From assembly GCA_030017835.1 (NCBI GenBank), contig JASEGU010000002.1:29248-93247 (forward strand): 64,000 nucleotides of DNA, in the 5' to 3' direction. Shown in pieces: positions 10,038 through 20,410 of this stretch. The stretch's first letter is position 1, and the number at the start of each line of letters is the position of its first letter. Under the pieces are notes generated by a model that saw nothing but the letters and a program-made list of their open reading frames with translations, was not told where the DNA came from and ran no database searches. The position numbers were made by a program, and so were the translations under genes. The DNA is from Actinomycetota bacterium (lineage in GTDB: Bacteria; Actinomycetota; Aquicultoria; UBA3085; Oleimmundimicrobiaceae).

Positions 10038-11362
10038 CGACTCCTCTCTGCGATCAGGTCGTGGGCAAGTGCGCCGGTAATTTTGGCCCAGGCAAATTGG
10101 CCGGGCGCTATCTCTCCTTTGCGTGATGTGATTTTGACCATGCCGTCCACCTCTGGAGCCTGGTGTCTGCTCGTTCCCCAGATTCCTCCTTCAAGATAAT
10201 CTGCCCCGGTCAAAACCTCTATCCTTTTACCAATAAATGCATCGTTCTTTCGAAAAGATATTTCATCTTGAAGGGTAACAAGCTGATGGTAACGCTCCTC
10301 TTTGACCCTTTCTGAAACCTTTGGTAGAAGGGTAGACGCCTTTGTCCCCTCTTCCGGCGAATACTTGAAGAAACCGGCATGGTCGAACTCAGCCTCTTTC
10401 AAAAAGCGAACCATCTCTTCAAAATCCTTCTTCGTCTCCGATGGAAATCCCGTAATGAATGACGACCTTATGCTGACATCGGGCAATGCGCCTCTTACCC
10501 TCTTAATTATACCCATATTCGTCTTAAAAGAGCCGCCCCTACCCATAATTTTTAGGATCCTTTCGTTAGCATGTTGAAAGGGGAGATCTATGTAAGGGCA
10601 GATCTTATCGCTCGCCGCCATGGCATGTAGAATCTCGCCCGTCAAATTGAAGGGTTGAAGATAGAGAAGCCTGATTCGAAAATCTCCTTTTATCTCTGCG
10701 AGCCTCATCAAGAGCTCGGGCAAGGTAGGGCTGCCATAAAGATCGGTCCCGTAGAGAGCCAGATCCTGAGCAACCAAAATCAACTCTTTAACCCCGGAAT
10801 CGAGCAAAAATTCTGCTTCGGCTTCGAGATTTTCGATTGGAATGCTCTTATAGGGCCCCTTTATCGATGGAATGGCGCAATAGGAACAGCCCGTATCGCA
10901 GCCATCTGCGATCTTGAGATAGGCATAGGGTAAATCCGGTCTTTTTCGAACGGAAGGGGTGGGTGGTTTTTTTGGTAGCGAGGTCGGCTCGATGACCCTG
11001 TCGCCATCTGTAAAATCAAATAATTTGTTGGGTAAATCAAGAACATTATGGGTGCCAAGGATTATATCTATCTCGGGTATCTCGTCTGCGAGCTCTTGGC
11101 CATAGCGTTGGCTCAAGCAGCCCGTAAGAACCAAAACACTACAACTGCCTTCAGTTTTTTGCCGGGCCAATTCAAAAATTGCCTCTATGGACTCCTCTTT
11201 GGCGCTTTGAATAAAACCGCAACTATTTAAGATCAAGATATCGGCATCCTCGAAGGCATCGGACGGGATGTACCCCTTTTCCAACAGGAGGCCCGATAGA
11301 TGATCGGAATCGCACTCGTTTTTTGGACAACCCAGAGTAAGGATGGCAAATTTCTGATTCAA
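10034..11362 (-). CDS. rimO: Ribosomal protein S12 methylthiotransferase RimO (radical-SAM MTTase with a TRAM domain)
   Basis: N-terminal LGCPKNECDS MTTase domain, a radical-SAM CxxxCxxC (CSYCAIP) and a C-terminal TRAM domain. Confidence 0.8.
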   Translation of the reverse strand: MNQKFAILTLGCPKNECDSDHLSGLLLEKGYIPSDAFEDADILILNSCGFIQSAKEESIEAIFELARQKTEGSCSVLVLTGCLSQRYGQELADEIPEIDIILGTHNVLDLPNKLFDFTDGDRVIEPTSLPKKPPTPSVRKRPDLPYAYLKIADGCDTGCSYCAIPSIKGPYKSIPIENLEAEAEFLLDSGVKELILVAQDLALYGTDLYGSPTLPELLMRLAEIKGDFRIRLLYLQPFNLTGEILHAMAASDKICPYIDLPFQHANERILKIMGRGGSFKTNMGIIKRVRGALPDVSIRSSFITGFPSETKKDFEEMVRFLKEAEFDHAGFFKYSPEEGTKASTLLPKVSERVKEERYHQLVTLQDEISFRKNDAFIGKRIEVLTGADYLEGGIWGTSRHQAPEVDGMVKITSRKGEIAPGQFAWAKITGALAHDLIAERSR

Positions 11363-11371
11363 GGCTGCCGC

Positions 11372-11869
11372 CTACCTGTAGTTGGTAAATTGGAGAGGTA
11401 TATTAAGATCGTATTCCTTAAGAAGTGAGATAACCTCCTGCAGTTCGTCTTTGCTCTTACCGGTAACCCTCAGCTTGTCACCATCTATGGTCACTTTGAC
11501 CTTTATCTTACTATCTTTGATGAGCTTATTAATGTCTTTGGCCTGATCTTTCGAGACGCCCTGAACCACATCTATCTTCTGTCTTACCCGGCCTCCTGCT
11601 GCGGGCTCGACCGCGCCCAATGAGAGTGCCTTTAGGGAAATGCCCCTCTTTATTACCTTGGTATTCAATACATCAATGACGCTCTTTAAGGTAAAGTCGT
11701 TCTCCGACTCAATGAATATTCTGCTTTCACCCTTATTTAAGGTCAGACTGCTCCTGCTCTTTTTTAGATCGTACCTGTTCTCAATCTCCTTGGTCGCTTG
11801 ATTTACAGCGTTATCGATCTCTTGTAGATCGACCTCGGAGACGATATCAAATGAAGATTCCTTAGACAT
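11372..11869 (-). CDS. yajQ: YajQ-family (UPF0234) nucleotide-binding protein
   Basis: The characteristic MSKESSFDIVSEVDLQEIDNAVNQ N-terminus; 165 aa. Confidence 0.8.
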   Translation of the reverse strand: MSKESSFDIVSEVDLQEIDNAVNQATKEIENRYDLKKSRSSLTLNKGESRIFIESENDFTLKSVIDVLNTKVIKRGISLKALSLGAVEPAAGGRVRQKIDVVQGVSKDQAKDINKLIKDSKIKVKVTIDGDKLRVTGKSKDELQEVISLLKEYDLNIPLQFTNYR

Positions 11870-11881
11870 TTCTGATCACCG

Positions 11882-12709
11882 TCATTTAGTAAAAGTCTTC
11901 TCTTCTAGCCCTATTCCGAGCTTTCCGATGTCTACGCCGTCCTTCTTGATCAAGACCAATTCACCGTTACCGCTTCTGATCTTGGCGTTTAGCTTAGCTT
12001 CCCAGAGTTTGGAGGCTCCTTTTTCCATAACATCCTCATAGACCACTTCACCATCTAGGGTTACTTTGAGCCACACTCGCTCAACGGCCTGAACCTCTAT
12101 GTTAAAGCCGGCGGCCGGAAGGGCGCCTTCTTCGCCGAGACTCTCATCTACGACGGTCTCTTCCTCTGGAGTTTCAAGACTCTCCCGATCTTCTATATTG
12201 AATGACTTCGATGAAGTTTCTCTTGTAATATCAGCCGTATCACCATTTCTATTTCCAGCGAAAAAACGGGTGACAATATAGAGAGATATCAAAATTGCCC
12301 CAATAACCAGAATTACAAGAGCCGCCCTTCTTTTGAAATAGACTCCCTTTTCGGAGGTCCTTCTTCTCATCCTCGTTTCACGCTGATCAACATGACGCCT
12401 CTCCTCCGCGTGAGGCCTTTCGTAGTGCTCCTCGGTCTCGTGTTCGTGCTCGTGGTCATCATACGGCAGGATCTCTTCCCCTTGACTTTTGCTATACATC
12501 TCCATTATTTGCTTGGGATCGATACCGAGGGTTCTCGCGTAAACGCGGATGAATCCCCTTGCATAGACGGGGCCGGGCAAAACTGAGTAATCATCATTCT
12601 CGATGGCCTGAAGATAGCGGACCCTTATCTTGGTGCTTTTTTCAATATCTTTGAGGCTCAGGTTTAATGACTGGCGCCTATTTCTAAAAATTTGCCCTAT
12701 TGATTGCAT
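11882..12709 (-). CDS. rodZ: RodZ-like cytoskeleton protein (XRE-type HTH, His/Glu-rich linker, TM helix, C-terminal DUF4115-like domain)
   Basis: The HTH LSLKDIEKSTKIRVRYLQAIEND..., a single TM segment, and a position upstream of pgsA-cinA-recA as for ymfM/rodZ. Confidence 0.65.
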   Translation of the reverse strand: MQSIGQIFRNRRQSLNLSLKDIEKSTKIRVRYLQAIENDDYSVLPGPVYARGFIRVYARTLGIDPKQIMEMYSKSQGEEILPYDDHEHEHETEEHYERPHAEERRHVDQRETRMRRRTSEKGVYFKRRAALVILVIGAILISLYIVTRFFAGNRNGDTADITRETSSKSFNIEDRESLETPEEETVVDESLGEEGALPAAGFNIEVQAVERVWLKVTLDGEVVYEDVMEKGASKLWEAKLNAKIRSGNGELVLIKKDGVDIGKLGIGLEEKTFTK

Positions 12710-12797
12710 AAATCCTTTGCTTCCTTTTTAAGATTCCTTTGCATTAGTTAATTCACCAAAGAGACCCTTTGTCCTTGTTTTTTAGGCTGCTTCATCT

Positions 12798-14948
12798 TCA
12801 TTTATCTCCTTTGAGTCTCTCCAAATCGTCTTCAGTAAACAAAACAGGGCGGGGACGGCTTCCCTCGGTGACTCCGACTATCCCCTTCTCCTCCAAAATA
12901 TCCATCAGGCGAGCCGCTCTGGTATAGCCGATCCTAAGGCGTCTCTGAAGCATCGAGACCGAGGCCATTCCGGTTGAGACGACTAGCTCCAGGGCATCGT
13001 CGAATAGATCATCATCGTAATCATCCAGAGCAAACTTGGATTTCTGCCTTTTTAGTATTTCCGACTTGTAGTCTGGCTTTGCCTGTCCTTTGACGAAATT
13101 GGTCACTAACTCGACCTCCTCCTCGGTAACGAAGGCGCACTGAAGCCTTTTTAGCCTATGGGTTTTTGGCGACAAGAAGAGCATGTCGCCCTTGCCGACC
13201 AGTTTCTCAGCTCCTGGGGAATCGAGTATAACCCTGGAATCTATTTGAGAGGAGACGGCAAAGGCAATCCTCGAGGTGATGTTAGCTTTGATGAGTCCGG
13301 TTATGACATCGACCGAGGGCCGCTGAGTTGCGATTATGAGATGAATGCCGACTGCCCTTGCAAGTTGGGCCAACCGGCAGATCGAATCCTCCACCTCGCC
13401 GGGAGCGACCATCATAAGATCGGCCAACTCGTCCACGACGATAACGATATAGGGCATGAAGTCCTCAAACCTACTCTCTTTGGCCAGGTAGGCGTTGTAG
13501 CCATCAATGTTTCTCGTGCCGGCATCGGCCAATAGATCCAGACGACTCTCCATCTCCTTGACCGTCCAGAGAAGGGCCGAGGACGCCTCTTTGGGGTTGA
13601 CGACGACGGGAGTGATGAGATGGGGCAAACCATCATACAAATTTAGCTCTATTCTTTTCGGATCGATGAGAATCATCTTTAACTGGTTGGGTTTGGCTCT
13701 CATCAAAAACGAGATCAAAATATCGTTTATGCAGACGCTCTTACCGCTTCCGGTCGCTCCAGCAATCATCAAGTGGGGCATGTCGGCAAGATCGGCTATG
13801 ATCGATTGGCCAGCTATATCCTTGCCAAGACCCAGTTGGAGTACGCTCCCGGTTGCAAACTCCTCGCTCGAAAGGATGTCGCCGATGGTTACAAGCTCCC
13901 TCTGCTTGTTTGGAACCTCGATACCAATGGCCGATTTCCCTGGAATTGGGGCAAGTATTCTTATATCGGATGTGGCCAGAGCAAGCGCTATGTCATCCGA
14001 TAGGTTGAGGATGCGGTTGACCTTGACCCCGGAAGCCAACTGTATCTCATAGCGGGTTACAGTCGGCCCCTTGGTCACTTTATCTATCCTGGCATCGACG
14101 TCGAAGTTCTTTAAGACCTGCTCCAAGATGACGAGGTTTGCTTGAACATCCCTCTTGTGCTCCTGACTCCTAGGGACAGACAGTTTTAAGAGCGAAAGGG
14201 GCGGCAGCTCATAATCTGCAAACTCTCCGCCATGTGTGTCCATTTTAATCTGAATCGTATTTTTTGCGGCCGCCTCACTCGATTTCTGCCGGACGGTCCT
14301 TGTGGTAAACTCCGCTTCGAGCACCTCGTCATCGAATCCGCTGATGATCTCGCCTTGATCGTTAATGAGCCTGGTTTTATTATTTAACGTTTCTCTCTCT
14401 TTTATCCCTTTCCCGACGTGAAACAGCCTGTTGAGTCCACCTCTTATGATGACAAACAGCTCACTTACCATAAATCCCGTCGAGATCAATATGCCGATGC
14501 TAAGCGCAGCCAAGAAAGCGACGTAAGAGCCGATGTTTCCGATCAGAAAGCGAGAAGCATAGACCAAGACGCCGCCAAGATAGCCGCCGTAGGAGTCTAT
14601 CTGCGAGGCTAGGAGTTCTTCGCCGTATGGGGTGCCGAGATGAATCAGGGCGATCAGACTCAAGAATGAGATGGTGAGACCAATTGAGACCATCTCTCTG
14701 CGAAGATCGGCCCAGTCGGTTACGAATAGAAGGCCGGCAAAGAATAGAAAGAAGGGAAAGATATATCGTCCAATTCCGATAAAATCTTTTAAAAAGTCAC
14801 TCACCAGCCTGCCGAGTACTCCATTGTCCGAGGCGAACAGACCCAAAAAGATTATTATCGAAAGGGCGAATAGGGCAATCCCGTATATCTCGTTTGGTCC
14901 GCCCTTAACCTTGGAGCTCTTGCGGGGGCCGCTTTTCTTGTCGGTCAA
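12798..14948 (-). CDS. ftsK: DNA translocase FtsK/SpoIIIE
   Basis: N-terminal TM helices, a central linker, a Walker A GATGSGKS motor domain and a C-terminal gamma wHTH domain. Confidence 0.9.
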   Translation of the reverse strand: MTDKKSGPRKSSKVKGGPNEIYGIALFALSIIIFLGLFASDNGVLGRLVSDFLKDFIGIGRYIFPFFLFFAGLLFVTDWADLRREMVSIGLTISFLSLIALIHLGTPYGEELLASQIDSYGGYLGGVLVYASRFLIGNIGSYVAFLAALSIGILISTGFMVSELFVIIRGGLNRLFHVGKGIKERETLNNKTRLINDQGEIISGFDDEVLEAEFTTRTVRQKSSEAAAKNTIQIKMDTHGGEFADYELPPLSLLKLSVPRSQEHKRDVQANLVILEQVLKNFDVDARIDKVTKGPTVTRYEIQLASGVKVNRILNLSDDIALALATSDIRILAPIPGKSAIGIEVPNKQRELVTIGDILSSEEFATGSVLQLGLGKDIAGQSIIADLADMPHLMIAGATGSGKSVCINDILISFLMRAKPNQLKMILIDPKRIELNLYDGLPHLITPVVVNPKEASSALLWTVKEMESRLDLLADAGTRNIDGYNAYLAKESRFEDFMPYIVIVVDELADLMMVAPGEVEDSICRLAQLARAVGIHLIIATQRPSVDVITGLIKANITSRIAFAVSSQIDSRVILDSPGAEKLVGKGDMLFLSPKTHRLKRLQCAFVTEEEVELVTNFVKGQAKPDYKSEILKRQKSKFALDDYDDDLFDDALELVVSTGMASVSMLQRRLRIGYTRAARLMDILEEKGIVGVTEGSRPRPVLFTEDDLERLKGDK

Positions 14949-14967
14949 TTTATAACTCCTGTGTGCT

Positions 14968-15774
14968 TCAGATCGCTTTGGAAAGCAAAAAGAGGGCTCC
15001 GGCCATTATGCAATAGTATGAAAAGACATAAAGCCCCCTGCTCTTTAAGAAGCTTAATAAGAATTTAATACAAAGGTATCCACTTAGCAACGCGGAGGCA
15101 AAGCCAAAAGCGAGAAGTGAGATCTGTCCGGGGATAAATAATTTTAAAAAATCGGGAATCTTGCTTGCGGCCGCCCCTAAAATTATCGGGATGGAGAGCA
15201 AAAAGGAAAACCTTGCAGAGGAGGTCCGGTCCAGCCCGAGAAAGAGCCCGGTTGATATGGTCGCCCCCGAACGGGATATGCCGGGGGCGACCGCAAGACC
15301 TTGGGCGAGACCGATTAAGATGGAGTCTTTAGCCTGCATGCTGGTTAGACCTCTCTCTCTCTTGCCCAGCCTTTCAGCGAAGGAGAGGGTGACTCCTGTC
15401 AGAATGAGCAGAACCGAAACCGAGATTGGGCTCGCAAAGAGTCTTTCGAAAAAATCGTTGAACAAGATGGCTATGATGACTGTTGGGATGGTTGAAACCA
15501 CTATCAAAAAGGAGAGTCTAAACCCCGCATCTTTCCTGTTATTTTTATCAAAAATCCCCCTGAAAAAGGATTGGATGAGGATTGGAAGATCATCCCTAAA
15601 ATAGACCAAGACGGCAAGCAGACTTCCAAGGTGAAGCATGACATCAAAGGCTAGGCTGGGCTGGGGCCAACCCAAAACCTCAGGCAGGATCACCAAGTGA
15701 GCGGAGCTGCTTATGGGCACAAATTCGGTAACGCCTTGAACGACTCCCAAAATTATCGCTTGAAGTATGCTCAA
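14968..15774 (-). CDS. uppP: Undecaprenyl-diphosphate phosphatase
   Basis: BacA/UppP motifs (VTEFVPISSSAHL, PGISRSGATI). Confidence 0.9.
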   Translation of the reverse strand: MSILQAIILGVVQGVTEFVPISSSAHLVILPEVLGWPQPSLAFDVMLHLGSLLAVLVYFRDDLPILIQSFFRGIFDKNNRKDAGFRLSFLIVVSTIPTVIIAILFNDFFERLFASPISVSVLLILTGVTLSFAERLGKRERGLTSMQAKDSILIGLAQGLAVAPGISRSGATISTGLFLGLDRTSSARFSFLLSIPIILGAAASKIPDFLKLFIPGQISLLAFGFASALLSGYLCIKFLLSFLKSRGLYVFSYYCIMAGALFLLSKAI

Positions 15775-15784
15775 ATTATCCCAC

Positions 15785-17449
15785 TCAGCCTTCTGTGATG
15801 AAGGGTACGACCATCGGCCGTCTCTTCGTCTTGGAATAGAGAAACTGCATCATCCTCTTCTTTATGACGCTATTTATGGAGCTCATATCGATCACTCCTT
15901 CAAGCCTCGCTTCCTCCAAGATCTCGGCCACAAGCTCTATCGACTCATCGATCAATTCTTTGGCCTCCTTGACGTAAACGAAGCCCCGTGAAATTACTTC
16001 GGGTCCGATTTTTGTCTCACCGGAAGCCGGGTCGATTGCCGCGAGGACGATGAATATCCCGTCGCTTGATAGTATCTGGCGATCGCGCAGTACGACGTCC
16101 CCGATATCACCGACCCCAAGGCCGTCAACGAAGACCTCTCCTACTTCGATGCTCCCGCTTATCCCGGCTCCCTCCTCATTGAGTTCGAGTATGTCGCCAT
16201 CCTCGCAAAGAAATATATTCTCCCTCGGTATTCCGACCGAAACAGCGAGATCGGCGTGGTGTTTGAGATGGCGGTATTCGCCATGGATCGGAACAAAGAA
16301 TCTCGGTTTGACCAGGTTCATCAAAATCTTTAGTTCCTCTTGAGCCGGGTGGCCGGAAGCGTGGACTCCGGATATCTGCTCATAATAGACATCGGCTCCA
16401 TAGCGGAAGATCTGGTTTATTATCCTTGTTATCGCCCTCTCATTTCCCGGGATGGGAGATGCCGAGACAACAACTGTGTCGGTATCAGCAAGCTTCACCC
16501 TTTTATGCTCCTTCGCTGCGATTCTGGAGAGGGCTGAGAGCGGTTCGCCCTGGCTTCCCGTACAGAGGACGACCATCTTAGATGGATGAAAATTATTTAT
16601 CTCACCTATATCAACCAGAGAGCCGGATGGTATTTCCAAGTAACCCGTTTCCGAAGCGATCTTAACGTTGTTTATGATGCTCCGCCCAGAAACGGCAACC
16701 CTCCTGCCAGAGGCTTTGGCCGCATCGAAGATCTGTTGTATACGATGAAGATGGGAGGCGAAGGTGGCAACGATTATCCTGTTCTCGGCCTCCTCGAATA
16801 TCTTCAACAAATTGGCGCCGATCATCTTTTCGGGAGAGGTATAGCCCGGCACCTCGGCGTTGGTGCTGTCGGATAGTAGCAACAGGACATCTTTATCTTT
16901 TAAGCAAGCTAGCTTATCAAGCTCGGTCGTCCGGCCATCGACCGGAGTCTGATCCAGCTTGAAGTCACCGGTATGGACGATGTAGCCGAGCGACGTCCCG
17001 ATGATGATTCCGACCCCATCCGGGATGCTATGGCAGACGCTGAAGAAGCTTAGATCGAAATTGCCAAGTTTCAGCGTTGAGTCTGAGGAGATCTCAAATA
17101 GATCCGCTTCAATATCGTACTCTTTGAGTTTCTCCTTTATCAGCCCGAGGGTTAGCTTAGTGCCGTAGACTCTCGCGCCAACCTCCCTCAAGAGGTAAGG
17201 CAACGCTCCCGTGTGATCCTCATGACCATGAGTAATTATTATGCCCTTTAGGCGCTCTTGATTCTTGACGACGTAGGAATAGTCCGGAAGGACTATGTCT
17301 ATGCCGAGCAGCTCTTCTCCAGGGAACTTGAGTCCGGCATCTATTAATATCATCCCCTCTTCGTCTTCGACGACCATCATATTTTTTCCGATCTCTCCAA
17401 GGCCGCCAAGGGGAATGACCCTTAAGGTATTCTTCTTTTTCTCATTCAC
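15785..17449 (-). CDS. rnj: Ribonuclease J
   Basis: Metallo-beta-lactamase HxHxDH (ITHGHEDHTGA), a beta-CASP domain and an RNase J C-terminal domain; 554 aa. Confidence 0.9.
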   Translation of the reverse strand: MNEKKKNTLRVIPLGGLGEIGKNMMVVEDEEGMILIDAGLKFPGEELLGIDIVLPDYSYVVKNQERLKGIIITHGHEDHTGALPYLLREVGARVYGTKLTLGLIKEKLKEYDIEADLFEISSDSTLKLGNFDLSFFSVCHSIPDGVGIIIGTSLGYIVHTGDFKLDQTPVDGRTTELDKLACLKDKDVLLLLSDSTNAEVPGYTSPEKMIGANLLKIFEEAENRIIVATFASHLHRIQQIFDAAKASGRRVAVSGRSIINNVKIASETGYLEIPSGSLVDIGEINNFHPSKMVVLCTGSQGEPLSALSRIAAKEHKRVKLADTDTVVVSASPIPGNERAITRIINQIFRYGADVYYEQISGVHASGHPAQEELKILMNLVKPRFFVPIHGEYRHLKHHADLAVSVGIPRENIFLCEDGDILELNEEGAGISGSIEVGEVFVDGLGVGDIGDVVLRDRQILSSDGIFIVLAAIDPASGETKIGPEVISRGFVYVKEAKELIDESIELVAEILEEARLEGVIDMSSINSVIKKRMMQFLYSKTKRRPMVVPFITEG

Positions 17450-17465
17450 TTATCTTTCCTCTTTA

Positions 17466-18341
17466 TTAAATTAATTTTAATCCTCTCATCTTATCTTCAA
17501 GGATTCTCTCCTGATCCTTGGTCGACTCTATCAAAGGTGGTCTCAGGCCACCTGTATTTAATCCAATGGACCTAAGTGCGGCTTTTACCATGATAGGATT
17601 GGTGGTCATAAACATCGACTCGAAAAGGGGAAGCAGCTCAAGATGGATCCTTCTTGCCTCCTCGTGCTTTCCATCCTTATATGAGGTAACCATCGACTTC
17701 ATCTTATCTCCGGCCACATGTGAGATCACGCTTATAGCGCCATCCCCTCCAAGAGTCATGATGGGATAGGTCATGGCGTCGTCGCCGCTGTAGAGCATAA
17801 ATTCACTCGTGGTCGAATCGATTATCTTGGCTATCTGCTCCAAGTTGCCGCTTGCCTCTTTTATCGCAACCACGTTTTCTATCTTTGAGAGCTCTATCGT
17901 CGTATCCGCTTCGATGTTGGTTATCGTCCTGCTTGGAACGTTATAGAGTATTAAGGGAAGCTTGGTGCTCTCTGCGACCATCCTGAAGTGGTTGTATAGA
18001 CCCTTTTGGGGAGGCTTATTATAATACGGTGTAACCACCATTGCCGCATCTACCCCTACCGATTCGGCCATTTTCGTCAGATTGATCGTCTCTCTGGTGC
18101 AGTTGTAGCCCGTTCCCGCAATCACCTTTACCCGGCCGGACGCCACCTCTTTGGCCACCTTGAAGAGTTCAACTTTCTCTTCATCACTAAGGGTCGGAGA
18201 TTCGCCCGTTGTGCCTGATACCACGAGCCCATCTGTGCCCGTCTTGATAAGATGCTCGATCAGCTTCTCAAAAGCATCAAGATCGAGGCTTAAATCCTCC
18301 TTAAACGGAGTTACTATCGCCGTTAAAAGATCGCCAAACAT
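17466..18341 (-). CDS. dapA: 4-hydroxy-tetrahydrodipicolinate synthase
   Basis: The DapA family signature; 291 aa. Confidence 0.9.
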   Translation of the reverse strand: MFGDLLTAIVTPFKEDLSLDLDAFEKLIEHLIKTGTDGLVVSGTTGESPTLSDEEKVELFKVAKEVASGRVKVIAGTGYNCTRETINLTKMAESVGVDAAMVVTPYYNKPPQKGLYNHFRMVAESTKLPLILYNVPSRTITNIEADTTIELSKIENVVAIKEASGNLEQIAKIIDSTTSEFMLYSGDDAMTYPIMTLGGDGAISVISHVAGDKMKSMVTSYKDGKHEEARRIHLELLPLFESMFMTTNPIMVKAALRSIGLNTGGLRPPLIESTKDQERILEDKMRGLKLI

Positions 18342-18355
18342 TTAAGTCACCTGCC

Positions 18356-19150
18356 TTATATCTCCATGAGCTTATCTAGCCCAACCGTGACTCCCCTGTT
18401 TTCTTTGTGCTTCTTTATGGCCATTAAAACGCCCGGCATAAATGAAGACCTGTCTAGGGTATCATGGCGAATGGTCAAAAGCTGTCCATCGAGGCCGAAA
18501 AGTACCTCTTGATGACCTATGAGACCCGGCAAACGGATGCTATGAATGCGGATATTCTTATAGTTTCCACCCCTTGAGCCGGGCAGTATCTCCTTTTCGT
18601 TAGGCCCAAGGTCTTCAAAGGTCTTGATCGACGAGAGCATCTCGGCGGTCTTCATTGCTGTACCCGATGGTGCATCATACTTCTCATTATGATGAAGTTC
18701 GATTATTTCAGCGTCATTAAAGTATTTTGCGGCCTTTTCTGCGAACTTCATCATCAAAACAGCCCCGATGGCAAAATTTGGCGCAATGAAGATGCCCACA
18801 TCTTGGCCGTCTATTATCCTCTCAACTTCGCCCAGTTTATCTGACGTAAAGCCCGTCGTTCCGATGACCATGTCCACTTCAAGCTCGACTGCTATCTTGA
18901 TATTGTTCATAACTACATCGGGGTTGGTGAAATCGACCACCACGTCTGGCTTAAGCTCTTTGATGGCTGCGCTCAAGCTTGAATCCAAATAGACTTTATT
19001 CTCTCCCATCTCACTTAGATCTTGGATGCCGCTCGCCTCATAATCCTTATCTACCGCACCGACCAAGGAGAGCTCGGGATCGGAATGAACCGCCTTACAA
19101 ACCGTCCTTCCCATCTTGCCGCTTGCCCCGCATACAACCACTCTAATCAT
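18356..19150 (-). CDS. dapB: 4-hydroxy-tetrahydrodipicolinate reductase
   Basis: N-terminal Rossmann motif VVVCGASGKMG and the DapB family fold. Confidence 0.9.
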   Translation of the reverse strand: MIRVVVCGASGKMGRTVCKAVHSDPELSLVGAVDKDYEASGIQDLSEMGENKVYLDSSLSAAIKELKPDVVVDFTNPDVVMNNIKIAVELEVDMVIGTTGFTSDKLGEVERIIDGQDVGIFIAPNFAIGAVLMMKFAEKAAKYFNDAEIIELHHNEKYDAPSGTAMKTAEMLSSIKTFEDLGPNEKEILPGSRGGNYKNIRIHSIRLPGLIGHQEVLFGLDGQLLTIRHDTLDRSSFMPGVLMAIKKHKENRGVTVGLDKLMEI

Positions 19151-19165
19151 ATGATTCCTCCTTGA

Positions 19166-20410
19166 TTAGGTATCAAATCTATCTTTATCAAAGGGGCCTA
19201 TGACGGAGAGTGCCCGTTTTCCCGGTTTGAACACTCTCTCGCATACCCTTGCGATATCATTTGCAGTTACGGAATCAACCCTTTCTATTATCTCGTCTAA
19301 ACTTAACACTTCGCTGTGGAGCAGATAAGATCTGCCAAGCCGAGACATCCTGCTTGAAGTGCTCTCCATGCTCAACACCAGACACCCCTTCGTTTGATTC
19401 TTGACCCTGTTAAGTTCAGCCTCGTTTACGCCCTTTGTCAGCAAACTATCGACCTCTTTTTCAATTAACGAAATTACTTCATCTATATTTTTGGGTCGCG
19501 TCCCGACATATACTGCCAAGGACCCTGTGTCTCTGTAAAAAGAATGATAGGAGAAGACGGAATAGGCCAAGCCCTTCTCCTCGCGAATCTTCTGAAATAA
19601 TCTTGAGCTCATACCGCCAGCAAGGATACCATCCAATATATTCACGGCAAATCTGTCGCCATCGCCACCGCCAAGTCCCTCATATCCGAAGCACATGTGA
19701 GCTTGCTCGGTGTCTTTCTTCATCACCCGGTTTCTCCTCTCGACCTTGACGGCCACCTCGGGATGCGGGCTAGACTTAAATTCAGACATTTTGAGTCCAC
19801 CCTCTAAGAGGCCGAAAAGATTATCCTTATCGAAACTTCCGGACACCGTGACCAAGGTCTTTTCAAAAGTATAGTGCCGACTAAAAAAATTGGATATATC
19901 TTCGGCCTTAAACCCTGAGACCGTATGGTTGCATCCGATTATAGATTGACCGAGCGGGTGATTGTCCCAGAGGGTCTCGGCAAATAGGTCGTGAATTAGT
20001 TCATCTGGAGTATCTTCGTAATGATGGATCTCTTCAAGTACCACTTCCTTTTCTGAAGAGAGATCGCTCTCTCTAAAAGCTGGCGCACTCAGCATCTCCG
20101 AAAGCAGGTTTACTACCTCACCCAGGTTTTCATCGATCACTCTGGCATAATAACAAGTATGTTCCTTGCTGGTAAACGCATTTACTTCAGCCCCTAGGCC
20201 CTCGAATATATCCGATATCTCTTTGGCGCCTCTCTTCTTGGTTCCCTTGAAGATCAGATGCTCTATGAGGTGGGAGATTCCCATGGCTTCTCTAGGTTCA
20301 TTTCTGGAGCCGACCCGTATCCAAAAACCGATAGCTACCGATCTTAAATTGGGGGCCGGTTCCATTAAGACCTCGACCCCGCTATTTAAGAATCCGCGCT
20401 CAAAGCTCAC
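19166..20410 (-). CDS. M16-family zinc peptidase (pitrilysin-like, YmxG-type)
   Basis: Inverted zinc motif HLIEHLIFKGT (HxxEH). Confidence 0.8.
   Translation of the reverse strand: MSFERGFLNSGVEVLMEPAPNLRSVAIGFWIRVGSRNEPREAMGISHLIEHLIFKGTKKRGAKEISDIFEGLGAEVNAFTSKEHTCYYARVIDENLGEVVNLLSEMLSAPAFRESDLSSEKEVVLEEIHHYEDTPDELIHDLFAETLWDNHPLGQSIIGCNHTVSGFKAEDISNFFSRHYTFEKTLVTVSGSFDKDNLFGLLEGGLKMSEFKSSPHPEVAVKVERRNRVMKKDTEQAHMCFGYEGLGGGDGDRFAVNILDGILAGGMSSRLFQKIREEKGLAYSVFSYHSFYRDTGSLAVYVGTRPKNIDEVISLIEKEVDSLLTKGVNEAELNRVKNQTKGCLVLSMESTSSRMSRLGRSYLLHSEVLSLDEIIERVDSVTANDIARVCERVFKPGKRALSVIGPFDKDRFDT

Noticed and set aside
12710-12797. Short CAAAG-N5-CTTTG inverted repeat between ftsK and rodZ as a terminator
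   Set aside because: The stem is only 5 bp with no adjacent U-tract. That is insufficient to call.
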